Shown piece after piece: positions 18,868-25,780 of a stretch of DNA of 64,000 nt. The position numbers were made by a program, and so were the translations under genes. Within the stretch, counting starts at the first letter, position 1, and each line of letters begins with the position of its first letter. The notes beneath the pieces were generated by a model. The model saw only the letters and a list, made by a program, of their open reading frames with translations. It was not told where the DNA came from and did not search any database. This DNA is from a virus (lineage: Duplodnaviria > Heunggongvirae > Uroviricota > Caudoviricetes): IMG/VR virus record IMGVR_UViG_3300048850_000049, positions 55,864-119,863 of that record; one strand, 5' to 3'.

Positions 18868-18915
18868 TGCAATCCCTTTCATTTTGCGCTATAAAGTAAG
18901 TAAGCACTTACTTAG
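18868..18915 (+). promoter_or_regulatory. Promoter (GTGCAATCCC .. TTTGCGCTATAA) plus palindrome AGTAAGTAAGCACTTACTTAG
   Basis: Upstream of gene 18943. Confidence 0.55.
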
Positions 18916-18942
18916 TGTGAATCCTCTCTACTGGAGAATATC

Positions 18943-19206
18943 ATGAACAACCTGATCGAACTTTTACTCCGCCTCATTGGTCGCGAGCGTTCCATCGAAA
19001 CCATCACTTCCGCAGGAAACAAGGTCATCCGTGACCTGGACAATCTTGCCGCCCGTCACCAGGCAAAGCACGCCGCAGCCGCCAAGCGCGCTGCACTTGC
19101 TGCCGCCCAGGCCGAGCAGAACCGCTTTGCAGCGGAAGACGCAGCTGAACTCTCTTCCAACTGGAAGAACTCCGGATTGGTCCGCCCGAGCCGCAAGGCC
19201 GCGTAA
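18943..19206 (+). CDS. Hypothetical small helical protein
   Basis: Promoter motif plus palindrome upstream; RBS GGAGAA. Confidence 0.35.
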   Translation: MNNLIELLLRLIGRERSIETITSAGNKVIRDLDNLAARHQAKHAAAAKRAALAAAQAEQNRFAAEDAAELSSNWKNSGLVRPSRKAA

Positions 19207-19222
19207 TGGACTGATAAACTTA

Positions 19223-19279
19223 TGCGATCCCATGCCGAGGTCGCTATAAGTGAATTAGCTAAATAGCTATCTAGCTATG
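19223..19279 (+). promoter_or_regulatory. Promoter (TGCGATCCCATG .. CGCTATAA) plus a second operator type TTAGCTAAATAGCTATCTAGCTA
   Basis: Upstream of the SSB gene; the same TAGCTA-repeat operator recurs at 54861. Confidence 0.55.
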
Positions 19280-19287
19280 AAGCAGGA

Positions 19288-19322
19288 ACAAAGCACAAAG
19301 TCAAAAGAACAAAGGAACAAAG
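19288..19322 (+). repeat. (ACAAAG)x5 tandem-like repeat in the 5' leader of the SSB gene
   Basis: GAACAAAGCACAAAGTCAAAAGAACAAAGGAACAAAGC immediately before ATG 19324. Confidence 0.7.
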
Positions 19323-19323
19323 C

Positions 19324-20382
19324 ATGGCTCTTAGCCCCGAACTTAAGAAGATGGTCTCTGGCGCGAAGAATAAGTATTCTGGCGGTTCTGGAAAGACCAT
19401 CAAGCCCAAGGAAGGTCGCAACACCTACCGCATTCTGGCTCCGACCAGCGCCCAGGCTCCCTGGGTTCCTGCATCCGGTCAGTATTGGGCAGATCTTGGC
19501 GTTCACTGGATCAAGGCAGACGTAAACAGCAACAAGCCGCTCGTCGTCTGTGGCGACTGCGACACTGTTTATCAGCAGCCCTCCGTCCTGAACACCGCGA
19601 TCGAGATGGCGATTAACTCCGCTATCGATGAAGAGTCCAAGAAGCTCTACGAGGATTGGAAGGCTTCGAAGTCCGTCATCGTCAACGTGATCGACCGCTC
19701 GCTCGGTGAAGATCCGCAGGTTCTTGAACTGACGCCGACCACTTTCGGCAAGGTCATGGATCTGATCAACATCTACGACGACGCCGGCCAGGACATCACT
19801 AGTCCGCTTACCGGAACCGACATCATCGTGACCAAGACCGGCAAGGGTCTCAACACGAAGTATGACGTTGCCGTCTCGCCTGCCCCGAGTGCACCGCTTT
19901 CCGCGGACGTTCTCGGCCGCGTAACTGATCTGCACGCCTTCATTGCGCAGAACTACTTCCGCGGTGAAGAACAGAAGGCTCTGAACGCCATCGCCCAGAT
20001 TGCCGGCGTTGCTGTTCCTGCCCTGACCGGACCTTCCGGTGCGGCCGGTGTTCGCACTCCGACTGCTGCTCTGGCCTCTCCGTCTGCTACTGTTGCAGGC
20101 GCCCAGGTTGCAGCCGCTGTCGCAACTGCCCCTGCAGCTGTCGCTGCCGCCGCTGTGGCTCCGGCTGCCGCTGTTGCCGCTGCTCCTGCCGCAGAAGATC
20201 CTGCAATTGCTGCACGTCGCGCCGAAATTCTGCGTCGTCAGCAGGAAGCTGAAGCCGAGCTTGCCGCTCTGTCTCAGCCTGCAGTTGAACCTGCAGCTGC
20301 CGCGGCTCCCGCTGCCGGCATCTCCTCGCTGCCTGTTTCCGAACAGGACGCGATCCTCGCCGAACTCGATAACCTCGTGTAA
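19324..20382 (+). CDS. gp32-like ssDNA-binding protein with an Ala/Pro-rich insert and acidic C-terminal tail
   Basis: YRILAPTSAQAPW...GVHWIK..CGDCD..VYQQP...LYEDWKASKSVIVNVID resembles the T4 gp32 core (IRFLPSKNDEQAPF..H..C..C..; KEYSLVKRKTSYWANILVV); acidic C-terminus SEQDAILAELDNLV. Confidence 0.5.
   Translation: MALSPELKKMVSGAKNKYSGGSGKTIKPKEGRNTYRILAPTSAQAPWVPASGQYWADLGVHWIKADVNSNKPLVVCGDCDTVYQQPSVLNTAIEMAINSAIDEESKKLYEDWKASKSVIVNVIDRSLGEDPQVLELTPTTFGKVMDLINIYDDAGQDITSPLTGTDIIVTKTGKGLNTKYDVAVSPAPSAPLSADVLGRVTDLHAFIAQNYFRGEEQKALNAIAQIAGVAVPALTGPSGAAGVRTPTAALASPSATVAGAQVAAAVATAPAAVAAAAVAPAAAVAAAPAAEDPAIAARRAEILRRQQEAEAELAALSQPAVEPAAAAAPAAGISSLPVSEQDAILAELDNLV
19990..20340 (+). repeat. Coding Ala/Pro-rich low-complexity linker inside the SSB-like gene
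   Basis: PALTGPSGAAGVRTPTAALASPSATVAGAQVAAAVATAPAAVAAAAVAPAAAVAAAPAAE... Confidence 0.7.
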
Positions 20383-20392
20383 CGCGCTTCGT

Positions 20393-20442
20393 CCGGCGGG
20401 TTCCCCTCCCCGCCGGGCTTCCTCCATCGTCGCGGATGGAGG
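20393..20442 (+). terminator. Two tandem GC-rich hairpins after the SSB gene (CCGGCGGG..CCCGCCGG; CCTCCATC..GATGGAGG)
   Basis: Perfect 8-bp stems; no T-run. Confidence 0.35.
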
Positions 20443-20495
20443 GTCGATGGTGACGGCGCTCAATGCGTCGTCACCTTTCCCTTTGAGAGGTTTCA

Positions 20496-21446
20496 ATGTC
20501 CAAGAATTACATGCTGGTCGATGGCAACTCGCTGGGCCACTTTCACAATAACGCCGCTAGGCTGTCGATCGGCGAAATGCAGGTCCAGGCGATCTTCGGC
20601 TTTCTTCGCGCGCTGAGACAGCAGGTCGCGAACTATCAGAATTACACTCCGGTCGTCCTTTGGGATGGTGCGTCGTGGCGCAAGCTCATGTTCGCTGCCT
20701 ACAAGGAGAACCGCGACAAAAAGGAAACGAAGAACGAAGTAAAAATGCAAGCCATGAAGGACGCTTACAAGCTCCAGGTGCCATACATCAAGAAGGCTTT
20801 GCGTTTCCTCGGCATTCCCCAGGTCTGGGCCCTCAATATGGAAGCCGATGATCTCGGCGCCATCCTGACCGACCGTTACACCGCATCCGGCGCGAAGATC
20901 ATTCTTCTGACCGGCGATAAGGACTGGCTGCAGCTGGTTGGACCGGGTGTTGTCTGGCGCGACTTCGCCAATGATCGGCTGGTCAATGAGAAGAACTTTG
21001 CGGAATTCACCGGCGTCGACACCATCCGGCAGTTCATCGAGGTCAAGGCTCTAGCTGGCGACATGGGCGACAATATTGCTGGCGTAGGTGGCATCGGTCA
21101 GAAGGGCGCGGTTGATTTCATCAAGGAATATGGCTCCGTCGCCAACTTTACCAATGGCTGCATTCTCGAAAAGTCCATCGATGTCAGCAAGTTGCCGAAG
21201 AAGTATCGGAACTTGGTTGAAGATGAGGATAAGGCGATCACGTTCAATCGCAACATCGACCTGATGGACCTTCGCACCACGATGCGTCCCGCGCCCGTCA
21301 ACCTGCAGATCGATAAGGGCACGCCCGACAAGGAGAAGTTCCAGACGTTCTGCGACCTGCTCCTTTTCAAGTCGATCACCCAGGAGTTCGAGGAATGGCT
21401 CCGCGTATTCCCGCATTTCCGCGAGCAGTTCTCGCTCGCCGCTTAG
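20496..21446 (+). CDS. 5'-3' exonuclease / flap endonuclease (FEN, RNase H-like)
   Basis: LVDGNSLGHF and LLTGDKDWLQLV motifs typical of Pol I-type 5' nucleases. Confidence 0.8.
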   Translation: MSKNYMLVDGNSLGHFHNNAARLSIGEMQVQAIFGFLRALRQQVANYQNYTPVVLWDGASWRKLMFAAYKENRDKKETKNEVKMQAMKDAYKLQVPYIKKALRFLGIPQVWALNMEADDLGAILTDRYTASGAKIILLTGDKDWLQLVGPGVVWRDFANDRLVNEKNFAEFTGVDTIRQFIEVKALAGDMGDNIAGVGGIGQKGAVDFIKEYGSVANFTNGCILEKSIDVSKLPKKYRNLVEDEDKAITFNRNIDLMDLRTTMRPAPVNLQIDKGTPDKEKFQTFCDLLLFKSITQEFEEWLRVFPHFREQFSLAA

Positions 21447-21465
21447 ATTCAACGAAGGAGAAAGT

Positions 21466-22572
21466 ATGAGTAGTCCCGCAGATATTATGAAGGCGCTGAC
21501 CGGCGTCATCGGCGACAACGACGAAGAGGCAACCGTCAAGCATTATCTCGACACCGGCTTCCCGCCGCTCAACAACGCCTCGGCTTCCGATTGGAACGGT
21601 GGATTGCCTGTTGGGCGCGTGATCGAGATCGCCGGTCCTCCGTCATCCGGCAAGACCGCAATCGCAACCAAGGCAATGGCTGCGGCACAGGCTGCAGGCG
21701 GTGTTGCTGGCTTTATGGACCATGAGCGGTCGTTCTCGATGGGTTTGGCACCGAAGCTCGGTCTCGATATCACGCCTGGCCGCCTGATCTACAAGAAGCC
21801 GCAGACGTTCGAGGATTCAGTTGCGATCTTCCACCTGGCCGTCAAGACGATCCGCGATAAGAAGCTGATCGCCAAGGATGCACCGATCTGTTGGGTATTC
21901 GACAGCCTTGCCGCAATGGTCCCTCAGTCTGTTTTGACGGACTCGAAGGGCAAGGAGCGCGATGCGACTGACCGCAACATGAACGACAACACGGCACTTG
22001 CCCGTGCAACGTCGGCGCATTTCCCGGCGATCGCCATGATTGCAGAGCAGTATGACGTTCTGGTCATCTTCCTCAATCAGATCCGCACCAAGATCGGCGT
22101 TGTGTTCGGTGATCCGCGCAAGACGACGGGTGGCGACAGCCCTGCTTTCTACTTCTCGCAGCGTCTCTGGCTTTCGGCCGCACAGATCCAGGACTCGGTG
22201 ACGAAGGAAGTCATCGGCATGAAGGTTACGGGTTCGTTCGTCAAGAACAAGGTCGCCCGTCCCTTTGCAAAGGCATCCTGGCGCTTCATGTTCATGCCCG
22301 ACGGAACTGGACGCTTTGACGCCGAAGGCAGCCTGGTAGACTTCCTTGTCGATCAGAAGCTGCTTCCGACCGTCAAGCCGGACGGCAAGGATTGCCGCAA
22401 GGGCTATGTGATGTGGGATGGTAAGGAAGTCTCGCGTAACGCGCTCGGCAAGGTCATCGAGGCGGAAGGTGCTGCTGGCTATAACAAGCTGAAGGCATTG
22501 CTGCCGGCCAAGTATGAGGCGCCGGTCGTCTCTGAGGTCGAAATGGACGAGCTTGCAGCCGAAGCAGCCTAA
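21466..22572 (+). CDS. recA: RecA recombinase
   Basis: GRVIEIAGPPSSGKT Walker A; VIFLNQIRTKIGVVFGDPRKTTGG matches the RecA L2/ATPase core. Confidence 0.85.
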   Translation: MSSPADIMKALTGVIGDNDEEATVKHYLDTGFPPLNNASASDWNGGLPVGRVIEIAGPPSSGKTAIATKAMAAAQAAGGVAGFMDHERSFSMGLAPKLGLDITPGRLIYKKPQTFEDSVAIFHLAVKTIRDKKLIAKDAPICWVFDSLAAMVPQSVLTDSKGKERDATDRNMNDNTALARATSAHFPAIAMIAEQYDVLVIFLNQIRTKIGVVFGDPRKTTGGDSPAFYFSQRLWLSAAQIQDSVTKEVIGMKVTGSFVKNKVARPFAKASWRFMFMPDGTGRFDAEGSLVDFLVDQKLLPTVKPDGKDCRKGYVMWDGKEVSRNALGKVIEAEGAAGYNKLKALLPAKYEAPVVSEVEMDELAAEAA

Positions 22573-22600
22573 TCCCTGCATTCCCTCGCCCGACTTGCTA
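22566..22600 (+). promoter_or_regulatory. Promoter (CTGCATTCCCTCG .. TGCTATAA)
   Basis: Upstream of gene 22636. Confidence 0.45.
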
Positions 22601-22635
22601 TAAGTGAAAAATCGAAACAGCAGGTCGGGCGTGAA

Positions 22636-23181
22636 ATGAAGGTAATATCCATCTGGCAGCCCTTTTCGAGCTTACTCGTGAAGGGCTTTAAGATTTTTGA
22701 AACAAGAACCTGGCCTGTGCCGGCTTCTGTCGTTGGTCAAACAATTGGTATTGCATCAACCAAGGGCATCAAGTCGGCACAGCGCGCCTACTTCGACGAT
22801 GAAAACTTCCTGAAATTCTATGCGGCCACAGCTATGCCGCAACTTGAGGATTTGCCGTGCGGCTATCTCCTCGGAACGGTCAAAGTCGACTCTTGTGAGT
22901 TGATGACGCCGGAGTTCATGGAAGAGGTCTCTGATGAAGAACAGGCATACGGTCATTGGGAAGAAGGTAACTACGCCTGGCGGATGACCGACCGGCGCGT
23001 TCTTGACCATCCTATCCCGATCCGCGGCGCGCAGGGCCTCTTTGAATGGAACGGAGTCCTACCCGATGGCAGCGAAACGAGCATTTCCGAAACCGCCGCA
23101 GCGCAAGTGGATCAGCAAGGGAGTCCTTTGGGAGTTCAAGAAACGCCGAACCATTATCGGCACGGGCTCCGCCTTGTCTAA
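22636..23181 (+). CDS. ASCH (PUA-like) domain protein
   Basis: MKVISIWQPFSSLLVKGFKIFETRTW is a typical ASCH N-terminus; the C-terminal about 45 aa look out-of-frame-like. Confidence 0.5.
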   Translation: MKVISIWQPFSSLLVKGFKIFETRTWPVPASVVGQTIGIASTKGIKSAQRAYFDDENFLKFYAATAMPQLEDLPCGYLLGTVKVDSCELMTPEFMEEVSDEEQAYGHWEEGNYAWRMTDRRVLDHPIPIRGAQGLFEWNGVLPDGSETSISETAAAQVDQQGSPLGVQETPNHYRHGLRLV

Positions 23182-23503
23182 TGGGGATCTGATCTACACC
23201 GCCCGCCGCTGGCGTGGCGAAATCTGGTGCGGAGGAGAGCCCTCTATATCGGCTGCTATGTTTAAGGGTAAGGATGGCTGGGCGCTGGATCACGACCATG
23301 TTCTTGAACTGCGGCTCAAGAAGGTGAAATGGGTGGCATTTCAGGAGCGAGAACGCGATGGCAACCGTTATCTGGTGCCGTTCGAAGCGTTCACCAATCC
23401 GGCTTATCATCAGATGATGAACTTTCGCGATCGTGGTGGAGAGTTGCAGCACTACGTCAACATGCGCCATTTCCGCATCAAGCCCGGCGTCGTTAAGTTT
23501 TAA
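23066..23503 (+). CDS. Hypothetical protein (start uncertain; overlaps the ASCH 3' end)
   Basis: Protein-like composition from about aa 20 onward; 5' boundary ambiguous. Confidence 0.3.
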   Translation: MAAKRAFPKPPQRKWISKGVLWEFKKRRTIIGTGSALSNGDLIYTARRWRGEIWCGGEPSISAAMFKGKDGWALDHDHVLELRLKKVKWVAFQERERDGNRYLVPFEAFTNPAYHQMMNFRDRGGELQHYVNMRHFRIKPGVVKF

Positions 23504-23520
23504 GTTCCGCGCACAACCTG

Positions 23521-23575
23521 ACGCATCCCAACTCGTCATTTGCTATAACAAGATTAATCAGTAATTACTTACTTA
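23521..23575 (+). promoter_or_regulatory. Promoter (ACGCATCCCAAC .. TGCTATAA) plus palindrome CAGTAATTACTTACTTA
   Basis: Upstream of gene 23588. Confidence 0.5.
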
Positions 23576-23587
23576 AATGAGGTCGTC

Positions 23588-23872
23588 GTGAAAGAAGATA
23601 TTATCGAGGTTGGAGGCGTTACGCACATCAAGGTGCGTCATCTCATAAACAGTTATCAGCACCATACTCAGCTCTCCATTTCCACTAATGGCCTGATGAA
23701 GCGTCTTGGCCCTCGACTGCGCAAGCGGTTTGGTATCGCGCCGCTCTGCGAGGGAAAGATGTCAGGCTTGTTCATTCCCGAATCCAAGGTTGTTGACCTT
23801 CTCACGTGGCTCTCCAAGCGCCACAGCGCCGAGGAATACAATGAATTGGTAATGAAGGAATTCGCAGCATGA
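23588..23872 (+). CDS. Hypothetical protein (GTG start)
   Basis: Promoter motif plus palindrome upstream; RBS GAGG. Confidence 0.35.
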   Translation: MKEDIIEVGGVTHIKVRHLINSYQHHTQLSISTNGLMKRLGPRLRKRFGIAPLCEGKMSGLFIPESKVVDLLTWLSKRHSAEEYNELVMKEFAA

Positions 23873-24960
23873 TTTTCGCCGTCGTAGCCGACATTCACGC
23901 CCATAACTCGACGGTCTATTCAGGAACCGGCTCCGATGGGATCAACACGCGCCTCGCGCTCATCCTGAAGGAACTGCGCCGGACGGCAGCAACGCTTACC
24001 GCGGCGGGTGGCAAGACCATGTTCATCGCCGGAGACATCTTTCACACGCGCGGCTCGATCGATCCCGAGGTGCTTAATCCGCTGAGGTCGGCAGTTGAGG
24101 AGATCCTCGAAGCAGGAACCGACATCATCGCCATCCCTGGCAATCACGACCTGAAATCCGCAGATAGCCGGGCGCTGTCCTCACAGATCGAGAACCTCGC
24201 CCAGATCTCCATCACGGGCGGTCAGTTCCGGGTGTTCAACCAGGTGACGAGCATCAACATCGGCGACGAGTATTTTGGCTTCGTGCCTTGGCGCTCAAGC
24301 CGCGCCGACTTCCTTGAGGACATCGGCGATCTCTCGGCGCATCCGGCACACAAGAAGATGCACGTTTTCATCCACGCAGGTATCGACGGCGTGCTGTCGG
24401 GAATGCCGGCAAGTGGCCTGACTGACGGCGATCTTGCTGCTTTGGGGTTCAAGCGCATCTATGCTGGTCACTATCACAATCATGTCGTCTTCCCTGGCAG
24501 CAAGGTCGTGTCGGTTGGCGCGACCACGCATCACAACTGGGGCGACGTTGGAACGCGCGCAGGATTCCTCATCGTCGATACCGACAAGGATACGGTCACG
24601 TTTCACGATACGCTGGCGCCGAAGTTCTGTGACCTGACCGGGTTGGATGAGGTCGAGATGGAGCTGGAGTGCAAGGGCAATTACGTGCGCTTCCGTGGCC
24701 CGACCATGACGCAGAATGAGATCAACGAGTTCCGGGACCAGCTCCGCAAGTGGGGCGCACTCGGCGTCTCGATCGAGGTTCCGAAAGCGACGGTTGCAAC
24801 CCGGTCGGCTAGTCCCGTCAAGGGCGTGACGCTTGAGCAGTCCGTCGCGAACTACGTCGATGCCAAGAAGGATATTCCCGCCTCGATCGACAAGGTGCGG
24901 CTCAAGCAGCGCGCGGCCGAAGTCCTCGAACAGTCCAAGCTCGCTTTCGTAGAAGCCTGA
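23869..24960 (+). CDS. sbcD: SbcD/Mre11-like nuclease (gp47-like)
   Basis: Calcineurin-like phosphoesterase motifs DIHAH, GDIFH, GNHD. Confidence 0.75.
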   Translation: MIFAVVADIHAHNSTVYSGTGSDGINTRLALILKELRRTAATLTAAGGKTMFIAGDIFHTRGSIDPEVLNPLRSAVEEILEAGTDIIAIPGNHDLKSADSRALSSQIENLAQISITGGQFRVFNQVTSINIGDEYFGFVPWRSSRADFLEDIGDLSAHPAHKKMHVFIHAGIDGVLSGMPASGLTDGDLAALGFKRIYAGHYHNHVVFPGSKVVSVGATTHHNWGDVGTRAGFLIVDTDKDTVTFHDTLAPKFCDLTGLDEVEMELECKGNYVRFRGPTMTQNEINEFRDQLRKWGALGVSIEVPKATVATRSASPVKGVTLEQSVANYVDAKKDIPASIDKVRLKQRAAEVLEQSKLAFVEA

Positions 24961-25024
24961 CGCAATCCAAGCGCTGATATGTCAAAACATATTAACGCAC
25001 TGAAAACGCATAGGAAAATAGATC

Positions 25025-25366
25025 ATGCAGCTCTACACCGTCCACTTTTCGACCAAGCAGATCGTGTCGCAGTTCAACGCGAAAGGTCAAAAGACTGGCG
25101 AGTATCAGCTGGATTATCCGCAGACGCTGCACGCCCTGCCGCTGACGACGGCGCAGCAGTATAAGACCTGCGATAACTACAGCATCGAGCCTTACTTCAT
25201 CGAGGCGCACAAGCAGGCCGTCAACTCCTTCAAGCCCAAGTCCCGGCCGGATTATTCCGGTGCAGCCAAGCGCGGCAAGACCTTCACGAAGAAGGCAGCC
25301 AAGTCTAGCGTCAGCCATGCAGCCGAGACCGGCGATCTGGCAGCGGCACTGAACGAGGCTTACTAA
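25025..25366 (+). CDS. Hypothetical protein with C-terminal ETGDLAAALNEAY motif
   Basis: RBS plus ATG; tail motif shared with two other ORFs. Confidence 0.4.
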   Translation: MQLYTVHFSTKQIVSQFNAKGQKTGEYQLDYPQTLHALPLTTAQQYKTCDNYSIEPYFIEAHKQAVNSFKPKSRPDYSGAAKRGKTFTKKAAKSSVSHAAETGDLAAALNEAY

Positions 25367-25590
25367 TGGCTAAGAACTCAGCTGCCCGCAACGAACGCCG
25401 TCGTGCGATGGAGGACGCCTGGGAAGCTGAGGCATTGGCTAAGGCAGAGGAGCAGGCGCGCAAGGATGGCACGCCGCTCGAATTTCTCATCGATGAGGTC
25501 CGCTCCTGGGAGGAAGTTCAATACGTCCTCAAGAGGCTGGCGAAAGCCGTGGCTCTGCAAACCGAGCTACTGAAGAGGGTTGAACTCTAA
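25366..25590 (+). CDS. Hypothetical small protein
   Basis: TAATG coupling at both ends. Confidence 0.4.
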   Translation: MAKNSAARNERRRAMEDAWEAEALAKAEEQARKDGTPLEFLIDEVRSWEEVQYVLKRLAKAVALQTELLKRVEL

Positions 25591-25777
25591 TGCCGCAAGA
25601 GCTTTCCCATGCTGCGAAGAAGGATCTGCTCTGGGAGCATGTCCAGAAATTCATCGACGACCAGATATCCATTGCGCCGAGACCGTCGGCCAGAGTGACA
25701 ACGTTATCCTCAATGCCTACGAATTTATCGAGGGCTGCTGCGATATCGTCGGTTACAAAGAACCCGAGGACGACTAA
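25590..25777 (+). CDS. Small hypothetical gene with an apparent -1 frame change midway (possible frameshift or sequencing indel)
   Basis: Frame A (from 25590) is protein-like for about 30 codons and then becomes R/S/P-rich; the -1 frame is protein-like from about 25680 to the stop at 25777 (..ILNAYEFIEGCCDIVGYKEPEDD). Confidence 0.3.
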
Positions 25778-25780
25778 TCC

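Noticed and set aside
19267-20496. 409-aa minus-strand ORF antisense to the SSB gene
   Set aside because: It runs opposite the Ala/Pro-rich GC-biased repeat, and its translation is R/S/G-rich junk. The + strand frame has an RBS, a promoter and gp32-like motifs.
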